A stretch of DNA of 64,000 bases from Chrysomallon squamiferum. Its lineage: Eukaryota > Animalia > Mollusca. Every line of letters starts with the position of its first letter. The first letter of the stretch is position 1. The stretch covers positions 8,246,001-8,310,000 of the forward strand of contig CM022671.1 of NCBI GenBank assembly GCA_012295275.1, given 5' to 3'. The notes beneath the pieces were generated by a model that was not told the origin of the DNA, searched no databases, and saw only the letters and a program-made list of their open reading frames with translations. The position numbers and the translations under genes were made by a program. Of the stretch, positions 1-13,500 are shown one piece after another.

Positions 1-3000
1 AAATAGGTAAGAAAATAATCAGATTTAATTACCTGTCAAAAGACTGTCTTTTTCTGTTTGAGAAATCTGTTTTTCTATTTACCATCTGACCATATATTTA
101 GCATTATTGTTTTAAAATTAATTTTTATTTATTTTACAGAGAATGTTGGTCGGCTAAAGAAACTTGAATATCTAAATTTAGCTTTAAACAATGTGGAAAG
201 GATAGAAAATTTAGAAGGTATGTAATCTGCTACATGTTTTAATACATTATGTTGATTCAAAACAAATATCAACAATCTTTATTTGTTTAATAATGCATTA
301 ATTTAAAATAAAATATATAAATATACTATTTACAATATTTGTAAACATATTTTAATTCTTTATTGTATTTTCAGGATGTGAATCATTAAAGAAACTTGAT
401 TTGACTGTTAATTTTGTTGGAGAGTTGACAAGTTTAGAAACACTGAAAGATAACTACAACTTTAGAGAATTGTAAGAGCTTTTTCTTTTTATATTGGCTA
501 ATAACTTAAAAAATTTATTTTTTACCTCATATAAATCATATCATAAACCCAATACCTAGATTAGTTATTGCATATTTTCGTAATTATTCACTATAATGTT
601 ATTGAACACATATAATACATAATTAATTTGATGAATTTAATTTAGCTTTCTAATTAGAAATTCAGCCAAGTAAATAATATTTACATAATCTATTTAATTT
701 TTTATATTATTTATTTCTTTATATTTTTGTTATAAAGGTTTTATTGCAGAATTTTATTACCTAGTGATATAATTTTTGTATAGATTTCTTACTGGCAATC
801 CATGTACAGAATTTGAGGGATATAAAGAATATGTGATAGCCACACTTCCCCAGTTGCAGGTGAAGTAGAATAGTCTAGTTACAGTTTGACATCATCCTTA
901 TGTATTTATATTAATATTAATTTTCATTTCAATGTTAACATGGTTTTCTTAATTTAAATATATATATATATTATTTATTTCAGGTGCTTTTGCTTTAATA
1001 AATCATTCTAAAAAATGAATTAAATTTAACAGCAACCAATTATTATTATTATTATTTTTTTTAAAGATTTATTTAACATTTTCTTTTTTTACTTATATTT
1101 TAAAAATACATTTTTCCTTTTATTTTAGTATCTTGATGGAAGAGAAATAGAAAAATCAGAAAGAATAAAAGCAATACAGGTATTTGATTATTGGCAATCC
1201 TATTAGCAGTCTTTAAGTTGAAAATTCAAAACAAGTTTTCACTGTCTGTTGTTTCACTAGTGTAATTTACATTATTCAAATGCACAAATCTTTCTTGTTA
1301 AATGACTGAGGATTCATTAAATAATTTTTATTTAAGATGTTTTAAAACTGTTAACATGTTTATTTTGTTTTAGAACTATGAAACAACAAGAGCAAGAATA
1401 CTAGAACAAGAGGAAGAGTACAGAAGAAAAAGGGTTTGTTTTAAGATTTAAATTGTTATAGTTCATCAACTTCCACAGCCAAATTACTGTTACATTATAT
1501 AATATATCTATGATACATTATGATAATAATTTAAATGCTTTACTTCCTCATAATAACATTTATCAGTATTCTAAATAGATTTTGTATACTTTTCTTTTTT
1601 CATAGATTTTATTATATGAAATAATATTATTATAGTAAAATTCAAGTAGACATATAACCTCTTAATTATAAAGATAAAAAAGCCAATATATATTTGTGAT
1701 GTTTCAGTTCTGAAATAATTAATTAAAATTTTTAGGTAAGGTCTTAAGAAATTGACAGAAGCTAATAAAGAGTAATTTAATATTAACTATAATTCTTGAT
1801 ATATACTGTTATGTTTCACTCTGCAAAGATACATTGTTCACTGATATTTTTTTTCTTCTGAAATTCCCTTTTAGGCAAAAGAAAAAGAAGAAGCTTTACT
1901 AAAGAAAAAGAAAAAGGAAGAAAAGACACCTGGATTTGATGGGCGATGGTACACAGATATTAATGAAGGGTATATTCTTTTGTGTGCATTTTCTTTAAAT
2001 TTCTGGATGTGATTAGAAGTTTTGTCATATAAATAAAAAAAAATGTTAATGATAGTAACAGTTAACTCTAAAACACTTAAATTTGAGAAAAAGATTTTAC
2101 TTTTTTGAAGAAGTATTTTAAAAGAGAGAAAAAGGCATTAGAAAATCTATGATTCAATAAAGAATTTAGTTTTACAGAAAAAAGTCATTTATAAATAAAA
2201 TCTGTAATTATTATACTTGTAATAGAAAACAATTTTTATTAATAGCAGTTTATTTGTTAATAAAGTAACTGATTTTAAAACAAAAATGTTTCCATTATTT
2301 ATCATAATTTTCAAAATAGTAATATTAGATACATGTTTTATATTTTCTTCACTAATTTAATCAAATGTGATTTTTTTTTTTTCACCTTTGTAGGGATGCA
2401 AAAGAAAATAAAAATAAAGAGAAGGAGAAGGAGAAAGATAAAAAAGAAAAAGAAAAAGACATAGTGGATAAAGAGTAAGGATCTTGTCTATATCTGAAGA
2501 AAAAAACACGATTTAATATTCAAAATATTCATTGTTTGTGCTGTGAATTATATAATTGAACACTTTTTATTTTTAATAAAGTTTTTAGAAACTTTTTCCT
2601 TTAATTATTTAATACTTACCATCAAAACTGTTTGATCTATTTTATATGTAGTAGAAAAATAGTAAATTGTTATTGATTTTGGATGATTTCAATCTGACTG
2701 ACATGTGTAACAAAAATCTTTAAAATCAATTTTAATAATACGTTTTTTATTTTAAGATTTTGGGATGAAAAGGTTCCTTTTACACCAGAATCAAGAATTG
2801 AGGTCCATGAACATATGAAGAAAATTAAGGAAAAAGAAAACAAGTAGGCTTATTGTTCATTCTGTTTCCATGATTGCATTTGATTTTGTTTAGCACAGAT
2901 AATTTTAATTGATATTTTTTTTTTTTTTTATGCATATACAAGTTAATATAATAACAGTACTTGTTGCACATGGATTTACTTTAGTTAAATTGTGTAAAAT

Positions 3001-5072
3001 ATCATTTATTTAAATTTATATACACATATTTAATGGAATTCCATGATGCACATATTTTTTACAATTTTTCTTTTGATTGAAATGTTTCATTTGATAACAT
3101 TTTTTCTTATAATTTTGATGCAGAAAAGATGAAAAAAAGGAGAAAAAACCAAGAAGGTTGTTTAATGAAGATGGTCGACCTTTAAATGTTAATGAGCCTA
3201 AGTATGTTCTCATGTTTTAATTTTAAAAATTGTTAGTAACTTTCATTTGATTTTAGTTAAGTAATGTGTAGAAAGAGATAAAAATACTGTTTATAAAATG
3301 ATCCATATCTTTATCTGTTGTAATTATAATTGTGAACAATTGTTGAATATTATTTTTATAAAATCATTAGTGTGAGAAATTGATACAAACTTTAATAATC
3401 ACAATCTGGTTTTTTATTTTTTTCACAGATTGGACTTTGCTTTAACAGAAGATGAAGAAAATAATAAAATCGTTTTGGATCTAGCTGTCTACAGGTAAGT
3501 GTTATACATATTTTGTTTTTCATATTGTGTACCCATCAATTTATAGTCAAAATTTCCAAAATGGTTTTCATCAGTATCAGAAGAAATAAAAAAAATAAAA
3601 AACATCTTAATCTTAAATATTTGTTCAAGCTGTAGAATAACTTTAATAATTTTTTGTTAAACACCTGCATTTAAAAAAATAAAAAACTTTTAAAGAATTT
3701 GTTTTTTGTTCATTCAGAATTTTTTAATTATTTTACCCAATGTGTATTGTTGTAGACATATGGACACCTCATTGTTAGAATGTGACATCCAGCCAACTCA
3801 TGTGAAGGTTGTTGTCAAAGGAAAGGTATAAAATTCTTTAACTATAAAAAATTAAAAACTAATAAACCCACCTTGGACATCTTTGCTTATTTCCTACTTG
3901 TATTTTAATTTTAATTTTCTTTCTCTCACTCTCAGTTTTCTTCTTCTTTTTTTTTTTTTGAGAACATAATGCTTGATACATTAAATATTTAATAAGTCCA
4001 GGTTTTAATTTACTTCTTATTTGGAATATGTTGTCATAATTCATGGCCGATAATTTTGAATAAAAATTCATTAAAATGATTAATTTCTGTAACTTTAAAA
4101 ATGATTGTCTCTCTTATTTAAAAATAAAAGGTAATGGTAATAATAATTTAAAAAAAAAAAAAAAAATTATAAATTTTAATACTCATCAGCATGTAATGGA
4201 ACATACCACAAAATAATAATTCAAATTTGGTAAAATGCAGATATTTCAGCTTTGTTTGCCTAAAGAAATTAAATCAGATTCAAGTACAGCGCAAAGATCT
4301 TTAACCACTGGACACCTTGTTATCTCAATGCCTTTTGTAAGTATATAAACATTTTTCCATTTAAAAAAAAAAAAAGTTTTAAATAATTATATAGAGTTAA
4401 AGTATAAACTGAAAACAATATAAAATATATTAATTTTAAAAAATTAAACAAGAATTAATAGACCATTTAACAGAAATATTGAATTGGTAAAAATAAGGGT
4501 GTTTTTTTTACACACAATTTTTTTTTTTTTTTTTTGCAGGCTAAGCCTGTTTTAAAACCAGTAAAAGTGCCAATTAAAAAGGAAGAAAAAACCATTTGTA
4601 GTCCAGTCAGGTAAGATAATTTTATTATTATATCATTTTGTTGTTGTTTTTGAGAAAAATAAGTACATTATATTTTGTTTTGATTTATGAACAACTTAGG
4701 AAGCATTTAAAACATTTTTTTTTTTCATGTAAAATGAAAATAATAATCTTATAAATGATTCTTATACATTTTTTTTTAGTATTATTTTTTTTATGATAAC
4801 AGTTCAGTATGTCATTGTATATTTTCCATAAACATATATAGTATATTATACTGTCACTTCTAAAATATCTAGGAATATTTTTATTTTGCAGACAAAAAGA
4901 ACAGCACTTAGAAGTTGACCCAAAAGCAAAATCTTGTGTAGACTTTGCCAATATAGTGAAAGAGAAATCGGATAAAATTATTCCACCACTTGGCACACAG
5001 AGAAAGCCAGTGAAAGAAAGACCAAATTCAGAAGATTTTGTAGATGATTTGGATGTGCCTCCTCTTGTCTAG
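1..5072 (+). CDS. DNAAF11: Dynein axonemal assembly factor 11 (LRRC6/tilB homologue), 5' end outside window
   Basis: Phase-consistent GT-AG exons: <1-6, 140-217, 375-471, 784-859, 1129-1179, 1374-1433, 1875-1969, 2394-2474, 2757-2843, 3124-3201, 3429-3494, 3756-3825, 4241-4336, 4540-4610, 4892-5072 (TAG). Translation has LRRs ([44 protein letters not shown]), LRRcap ([35 protein letters not shown]), [17 protein letters not shown], a CS-like domain ([27 protein letters not shown]) and C-terminal DVPPLV*, all typical of LRRC6. Confidence 0.96.
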
Positions 5073-7115
5073 CCCTGACTTCAAAACTGAAGTGTTTATA
5101 TATACATGTCTATTTTAAACATTTCAAGACTGGCACAGTGTACTTGAAAGTCATAATACAGAAATATATAACTGTGTTGGCACTCGTGAATATAAACAGA
5201 AGATGGATAACTCAACTTTATACATATTTCAGTTGTCATTTCCACAATTTATTTAAATATCAGTGAGATAAAGAGAGCCTGATGTTAGTGAAAAAATACT
5301 TTGAAATCTCAAATTTGTTTTTCTCCTGGTTTAAATCTCATTTGTGCAAACTGCACTGAGACAGTTCTTAGTCTTCATGATTACAGTAACACTCAATTTA
5401 CTTAAATTTTTTTTTTTTTTTATTTATTTTATTATTATTATTTTTTATTTTTTATTTATTTTTTTTATTTCATTTTATTTTATTTCATTTCAATATTATT
5501 ATTATTATTATTATTTTTGCTGTGGTTTTGTATAATTCTCATTAACAGCAATTTTTTCAGGAAATGGAAAATATTTCATTAAAGAAAAGATGACCATCAT
5601 TAATGTTTATACATCATTAAAATTCATCCGCTCAGGAATACATTTGATCAATTTTACTGAAAATTTGACTGAGTTTCATTTGTTTTCAAATAAATATTAA
5701 AAAGGTAAAATTTATTCTTTTACAGTTGTATATTATTTATTGATGTCTTACATATAATTTTCAATAAACTGAATTTATATATTTCAAAGTGTTTTTGTTT
5801 GTGGGTTGTTATGCAATTTAATTTTCTAGCATGAAAATCTGTAACAACTGTAAACAAAACTCCAGAGTTGTTGTGAGCATGCTAATAAACTGGTTGATAA
5901 TTAATTTATTGTTGTATTTTAAAAAGTTAATGACAGAATTTCATACTCTTAGTTTTTCTTCCAGCTTAGCTATCTTATTAGTATCATCTGTTGTAAAAAT
6001 TCAGACAACAAGAACAAATAATTAAATTAGACAACTTCAACAATATAAAATATTTTATTTTTCAAAAAGTAGAAAAAATTTGACAGTAGTATATATAGGC
6101 CTACACAATCAATTTGATAAAAATTATAATATGTGCAGAAAGAGTTTTGAACTTATTAAATGTACATGAATTTTAATTAGAATAAAATTGTCAGTAAAAT
6201 GTCATGGATACCGTTACCAGTATATATATGTATATAAATATTTAGTCATTATAAATTTTGATGTTTTCAAAGTTGCTTACAGAACAACAATGACATGAAG
6301 CATATTCAAATCAATGAAGAGAAATACATGAACAAATTATTTGTCTTTTTGCCTTTTAAAGAAAAATAAAATATCTCAAAACTGCAAATAAATCTTTTTT
6401 TATACAGAAAATGCACTATTTTTTTTTATAAAAAGATAATAAAATGTTCTGAAAACTTAATTTATATTCATGACAAGGGTTCAGCTGGTAATGTTTTATC
6501 ATTTTGATTAAACATCTAGTGAGAATAGACAGTAATCTTTCATTAAGAAAATTCTACTTGAAATATTTTCATTTTATACTTTATAACCAAACAAAATTTA
6601 AAAAAATAAAAAATAAAATAATAATAAATTTTTAAAACCCCCCAAAAATGTGTTAAGAATATATTAATGTAAGTATTATCTAAGTTGTCTGTGTTTTTTG
6701 TGACATGTTGATGCATTCTGTTTTTAAAAATCTGAAAAGCAGTGAAGCAGATCTCAGGTTCAACCTCCCTTCCCACATCTATAAAGAAATAATATGATGG
6801 TCAGCAGTGCCAACTTGGAATGTTAAACTGTAAAAATAAAAATAAAAGATTATAATATTAGCAAAATATACTAGCCTAGAACCATACATTAAATATTATT
6901 TTACGTTATATTAAACAGAATTTTTAAGATTCACAACTACTTAGAGATTTAAAGTGTAACAATTTATTAGATTATTTATGTCATTCATTAAAATAACTTA
7001 TTTTAAAATAAAAAGCCTAAAAGGATCAGTTTTAAATAAAATAAAAAATGTATACATATATAAATAAGATGATAATTACTTTCAATAAACATACATCATG
7101 GAAAATGCTGGGCCA

Positions 7116-8719
7116 TTATCTGTGCTTTTTCTTTTCCTTTTTTCCTTTTCTTGAACCTGTATGATCACTGTGTTGTTTGGTTGCTAACTGAACTGGTGAT
7201 ATTTTTGCAGATTCATCTTCAGCATTCTACAGTCAATAAATATATACAAGAATGGTGGAAAAGTACAACAAAGTCAAAACAGTTTTATAACTGCCATATA
7301 ACAAATATTTTCTTATATATATATTAGATGTAAATGAAATTATTTAATATTTTTTTAAAATTAATAATTTGGTTTTATTGATAGAACCTTTACTAATAAA
7401 CATATGCCATTTATATTGATATATATTTAATTAATAATCTAATGTTATTGGTGATCCCTGTATTAGTAAACATATACCATTTATATTAATACACATTTAA
7501 TTAACAATCTATTTTTATTGGTTAAACCTGTATTAATAAACATATACCATTTATATTAATATGTATTTAATTAGTAATCTGATTTTGATGAAGTCTGTAC
7601 TAAAAACAAACATCATATACAACAGCATGAACAGGGTAGCAAATTTTATTTGAAATTCTTATCTGTTTTTATTTTTCTATATGTGATAAAAGTATTTTGT
7701 TTGATGCCAAAATTAACTGCTAATAACCAATAGTTTTAACGACAATTGATTTAATTTCTATAACAAACTTGTATGGTTATTGGTTAATATATTTTTAATG
7801 AATGCTTCAGCATCCATTATTTCAATTTTTAATATAAATTAATAATTATTATGAAATAATACTTTATAGAACTAAAAACAGTGAAATGTTGGTAATGTCA
7901 TTAGCTTATGTAAGTTTACATTAGTAGACTATTATTTATAAATATGTTTAGAGGCATTTTTAAATTTAAATATTACATTAAAGCCTAATAAATAAATTTG
8001 AAGATAAATATTCTCCTGTTGTTGCTAAATTAGTTTTAAAATAAAAAAAACATTAATGTGACATTTTCTTTATTAATATGTCAAATATGTTCAAATGTGT
8101 AATAATAAATATGATTTATTCGTCTACTCAGACTACTGTTATTTGTTGTAGACTGTATCAAATATGATTATCATGATTGTACATTGTTGCTTCTTGACAT
8201 GTCTGCACGTTTTTAATAATTATTAAATTAATATTATTTGTCAATCCTTTTTCAAAACCTATTTCAAACAGTAATTCCATCATAAAAGTACTACTCTATC
8301 GTGGTCCTTGGCTGGAATTTGAAATGGTCCACCATCCAGGTAAGACAAAATTACAAATACATTATTATTGTAAGTAAATTTTTTATTTAGTTATTATCAT
8401 ATTATGTCTTTTTATTCATACAAAACGTTTTACAATATCAGTTTGACGTTTTCATATTTTAGTAACAAAATTATACAGTTCTGACACTCAGCGATTTGCT
8501 ATGACATACTACATGGTCTTTTAACCGAAAAGTATTTTGAACGGTAACACATAGATCAGTGATAAAAAATAATTAAAAATGTTAAGGTACCTTCTCCTTT
8601 TCAGTTTCTGGAATTAGGACAACTGCAAATACACATACAAGTTGAAACATAGCACCAAGAAATAAACCATACTGTAAAACAGTGTCCAGTAAAGAAGGTT
8701 GATCGATTGCGATTACCAT
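7116..8719 (-). CDS. MANBAL: Protein MANBAL (UPF0239 small membrane protein), 79 aa
   Basis: Exons 8719-8591 (MVIAIDQPSLLDTVLQYGLFLGAMFQLVCVFAVVLIPETEKEK) and 7226-7116 (NAEDESAK...RKGKKEKKKHR*), phase-0 GT-AG intron. The YGLFLGAxFQLxC transmembrane motif and basic tail are characteristic of the family. Confidence 0.93.
7372..7610. repeat. ~70-bp minisatellite, about 3 degenerate copies, in MANBAL intron
   Basis: Core TAAACATAT(G/A)CCATTTATATT recurs at 7397, 7467 and 7537 (70-bp spacing). Confidence 0.85.
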
Positions 8720-9485
8720 TTTGGTAAACACCGAACTCTCTTATTTTTGCACTACAATTTTATACATTTTTGGTTTTACGACTTATAAACATTAAAGACA
8801 AGAAGCCAGTTAAATTATATGAAATTTTAAGATCCGAAAATTTAATTATTTATTTTTAGAAACTTGACTAACTTTACTAATAAACTGAAAATAATAAAAA
8901 TAAAAAAAATAAAAATAAATTTAAATTTAAATTAAACTAAACATTTACTGCATACTTGTACTCTTTATACTTTAGGCATACTGAAGTGATTTTATTATTC
9001 TTCACATCAAATTTTCTTCGGGTTTTGCTAATTTCACTTTTAACCCATCTATCCAAATAATAATAAACTAAACGTAAAACTAATAAACAGTGAATATTTG
9101 TCATTGAAAAATTATACATTTTATTTACGTTAATAATATATTTTTTCCTGCGTTAATCAACTTAATAGTGGGAATATATATATATATTCTTATTAACGGG
9201 ATTTTCATTACATTTTATTATTGCTCATTATTCGCATGTAAAAATATATTGCATAAATGTATTTGCAAAAATAGTTTCGATTCGTAGAAATAACGATTTA
9301 TGGTAAAGAAATAAACAACCAATAAATGAGGGTTTTGTTATCACGTGACATTTAAAACCCATCAGGAACGAAATACGAAGTGTGTTTTTGTAACATTTTA
9401 ATATTAAATCTAATTACTGATGATCTGTTGCTGATATTACGATTTTGTTAACGGGTATTGCGTTTGTTATTTAGAAATGAGAATG
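8720..9485. promoter_or_regulatory. Putative bidirectional promoter MANBAL / GTSE1-like, with probable non-coding first exon of the GTSE1-like gene
   Basis: Divergent genes and local CpG enrichment. CCAAT 9319-9323, E-box TCACGTGAC 9341-9349, CHR-like TTTAAA 9351-9356, donor ATG|GTAAAT at 9485/9486. Confidence 0.6.
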
Positions 9486-10032
9486 GTAAATGTAATTTTG
9501 AATGTATATTCTTTCTAGTAGTAGTAGTAGTAGTAGTAGTAGTTTATTTGTTTGATGATTAGTTTAACTCAGTGACCGAGTCACAATAATCAGAACAGAT
9601 ACTGATTTTGTTACGTATGATAACTGAAAATAGTGCCAGTAGAATATTGATAGTTCTTATAAATTATGTATAATGTTAAGTATCACATAAAAAGTTACGT
9701 ATCATAGGAAATTATACTTGACTTCTTTTTTTACAATCCGTAAATTAAGTAAACATTTATTTTGTAATAAATATTTGATATTTAACAGAACTTCAGAAGC
9801 TGATGTCGCTATGCACTGCATGATATACATTTTTTTTCTGCTAATAATATTTTTTACAAAAAAATACAAAAACGAAGTAAGGAAAAAGTAAGAATAAATG
9901 CTGCAGTATGTTTATGTTACAAACAGCTGTAAATGTAACCTATGTTGAAAACCTCTTACTGATTGTCTTTGAGCAAGCATCATAATTGAAATTTTAATAA
10001 TCATACTGTTATGTAGATACAGTATTATAGAT

Positions 10033-10382
10033 CAGGGGTTTTCAAACTGTGGTCCGCAGACCACAGGGGGTCCGCAAGTACAAGACAGGGGGTCCGTGGA
10101 CAGTGAATACTTTTTATGGGCAGTTTGATTTTATCTATGTTTTTTAATCGAAATCTTTTTTCTTATATTTGTAAATGTGAGCGCATGAAATAACAGGTAA
10201 ATAATTTTGTAATATATCCTAAAAGTACCATCGATTAAATACTGTTAAATAAATAAATGTAAAAATATATGTTATTTTAAGCAAATATTTATTATAAATT
10301 TCATAAGCGTTTATAAGGGGGTCCCTAAGGTAAAGCCTGAAATATAAAGGGGTCCTCAAGTCAAAAAGTTTGAAAACCCCTG
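10033..10382. mobile_element. Non-autonomous hAT (Charlie-like) MITE, 350 bp
   Basis: Perfect 16-bp TIRs CAGGGGTTTTCAAACT...AGTTTGAAAACCCCTG; perfect 8-bp target-site duplication TTATAGAT (10025-10032 and 10383-10390); subterminal GGGGTCC repeats; no ORF. Confidence 0.95.
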
Positions 10383-10583
10383 TTATAGATTATCCGATTC
10401 TTCATATAACCAGATGTAGACAATGTTGTTGTTCGTATGATGTTATTATATATATTTTTATCAGATTTATTGTTAGTTTCAGGTTGATCTGGCTAGTGAA
10501 TGAAGCTGTTTTGTTTTGATTCATGTTCATTATTCAGAAGCATTTTCATTTACATTATTTTGCCAGTGTAACTTAGTTCAGCA

Positions 10584-13500
10584 ATGTCAGGTGACTACTC
10601 CTTTCTGTCTACTTTTAATGTTATCATACAAACCTTTGGAGAATTAAATAGGAAAATAAAGAATGTATGCATTCCTTCTAAAATGTGATAGATATTTATA
10701 TTATTAATACTATTGCTGAGTAATTTTAGTGTGAATGAATTGTACAGGCAGGAAGTTAATTTTAGTGTATTTCATTTACATTGGTACTGAATGTGTGTTT
10801 ACATAAATTTGCTTATAATTTCAAAAAGGAGAACGTAAAACATTCTATATTCAAAGAAGACAAGGAAATTACTATCTAGAAATGCTGAAGCTTATTTTAA
10901 TATAAAAATAAAAATTTCTAATATCTTTATTTTTATTAATATTTTATTTTTTATCAGGTGAATGTTCTGTGGGAATTCTGATTGACTTGTGCAGTCCAGA
11001 TAGTGATAGTAATGAAAATGACAATCCAAATAGTGACAGTAATGAAAACGACAACCCAAATGAATCTTTCTCTTTAACAGGTAAAAAAATACAATTACTA
11101 TGTTGTTGTCATTATTAAAAATTTTTTATAGTTGTAATTTTATTTAGAAGCAATTCTATTTCTATGAACACTATTTTCCCAAGGATCAGCCTATAATTTT
11201 TATTTTGTGAATGATTTGGATTATAATAGTTTGTAATCTTAATTCTATGAAAAAAAATTAATTTCAGAATGTATAGAAATGGCAAGAAGTGACCAGATTA
11301 ATGAGGAGGTTCGGCGACTTAGCCACACTCTTATAACTTCAGTTGATAAGGAAGAGAGAATTTTGAAAGATGTCACAGATAAAGTGGTCTGCAATTCTCA
11401 CTTAGAAGAAAATCCAGGTTTGTTTCTTAACATCTGTACAGCATTAGTTTAAACTTTTATATCAACAAGTAAGGACAATGTACTTATTTGTGACCTTTTT
11501 AAAGTTTTTGTCAGATGGGGAGAATAAAAGATATATAATTTCTTTTTTCTTTTTTTCTCCTTTATATTTTTAGAAATGCTTATACAAGATGAAATATATG
11601 ACTTTGATCTGAATCTCTCACCTGATGAAAGGTAAGATATTATATCAGCATGTTAAAAATATATAATGTTTTTCAGAGGAAATTAAAATACAACTGTCCA
11701 TTTAGATAATTATTTTCTGAAATTATGATAAAGAAAACTATTTATTTTAAGAAAAAGCCAAATAAAACCATGATATATAATTTATAGATGTATTATTTAA
11801 TTATTATTTTTGATCATCAAGGTACATTCACTAGTTTTAATATTAACTGTTAATAATGTTTGATGTGATATTGTTGAGAAATTTCTTTCCAGTTCCATCC
11901 CTGTGGAGCCAGAAGAGGAGGTTTTCTTTGGACCTGTTGGATTTACAGAAAAACTAGTCAGCTCAGTGGTCCCTTCATCTGAATTCAAACCAATGAGTCC
12001 TCTGAATCCCCAGCAGTTAGCAGAAATTGTGAAAGAGGCACACAGCATTGCTTATCATATTTCCAACATGGCTTTGAGTCCTAGTGTAGAGGAGAAAGCA
12101 TTCCAGCCTTTGGATATTCTAGCAAACAAAAGGAAATCACCAACAAAGCCTCGTCAGAGGAAAGGAACATTTGAAATGGAAAAACCTGTTCAGTTGCTTC
12201 TGTCTGACAATACACAGATTAAAATTCCTTGTGTAGACGATCAGGAGAATGTCCCTCCAGATGCAAATTCAGTAAAGTCTGAAAAATGCATTCCATTTGT
12301 TAACATCAAAAAAGGAGCAGAAATAACAGAAAAAATGTCAAACAAAGAAGAAACTGGTCTGAAAGTTAGTGACTTGAAAAGTAAAAATGATGACAAATCA
12401 GTTTCTGGTACTGTGAAAAACAAATCTACTGAATCTAAACTTAAAAGGCCCAGCAAACTAGCACGGATGTCAAAAAATTCAAGTTACACACTTCTTCCTA
12501 AGGCATGTTATTTATTGATATCCTAAAAACATCATATTATATATTAGAGAACATGGTCACAAATTCAATAGTTGATGATTGTTACTAAATAAAATATATG
12601 GTATTAACTTAAACGAAATCTGAAATGTGAGCTTTAAAATATTAAAATAAATTAATAATATAAACCATTTGTTCTTTAGAAAACATAGTAAGTGAGACAT
12701 GTACTCCACAGCATGACTTAGTTATTTATTTTGGTTTTCAGATGACAAGTACTGAAGATTTAAATCGGATGGCTTCAGATATTCCTAATAATGAGATGAG
12801 CTGTGAATCAGATGCAGACAGCTTTGTTTCAGATAAAAGTGATATCCCCAGATCAAAACTGCCTACTGTTAAGAGCAGTTTCCCTTTAATGGTATTTATT
12901 TTGAGCTACTTTTTTTGTTTATATGTTAACTTTGCTTACTTTAAGTGATTTTGTATTTGAAAATGATGTTTAATAAGTTTGTTTATTAATTTTGCAACAA
13001 ATATTTAATTATAAGACAGTTGCTTAAATATTAGACATAAATTAAAGTAATATTTTGTGTTTAGATTTTTTCTTGTCTTTTAGATGGTAATGAACCCCCA
13101 CTGACATGTAGAAGAAATGAAAAAAAAGGAAAGAAAAGAAATAGAATAATTATAATAATAAAAATAAAACCATAAATAAGTAAATAAAATGAAAAAAGAT
13201 TAAAACATTGTATGATTTAAAACAAACATTTTATGTTTCATATATATATATTAACATGTGTTTTAACTAAGTTCTTATGGTGCTTTGCTCTTTTTTTATT
13301 TTTGTAAAAATTTTGTTTGTGATTTAAAGTTTTGAAAATTTTATGCAGCCAACACAAGACAGAAAAAGACAGTTTACTGGTGACTCAGATGCTGGTTCTG
13401 AAACATCAGACTACAGTAACAGACAAAGCCTGTATGAAATGGTAAAGTTAATTTCTAATATTATTTTTATGTTTTTTAATATTAAAATGAATTGCAGAGT

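Noticed and set aside
3016-4996. Minus-strand ORFs at 3016-3213, 3859-4071 and 4685-4996
   Set aside because: Antisense shadows of DNAAF11 exons or AT-rich intron; no recognisable protein.
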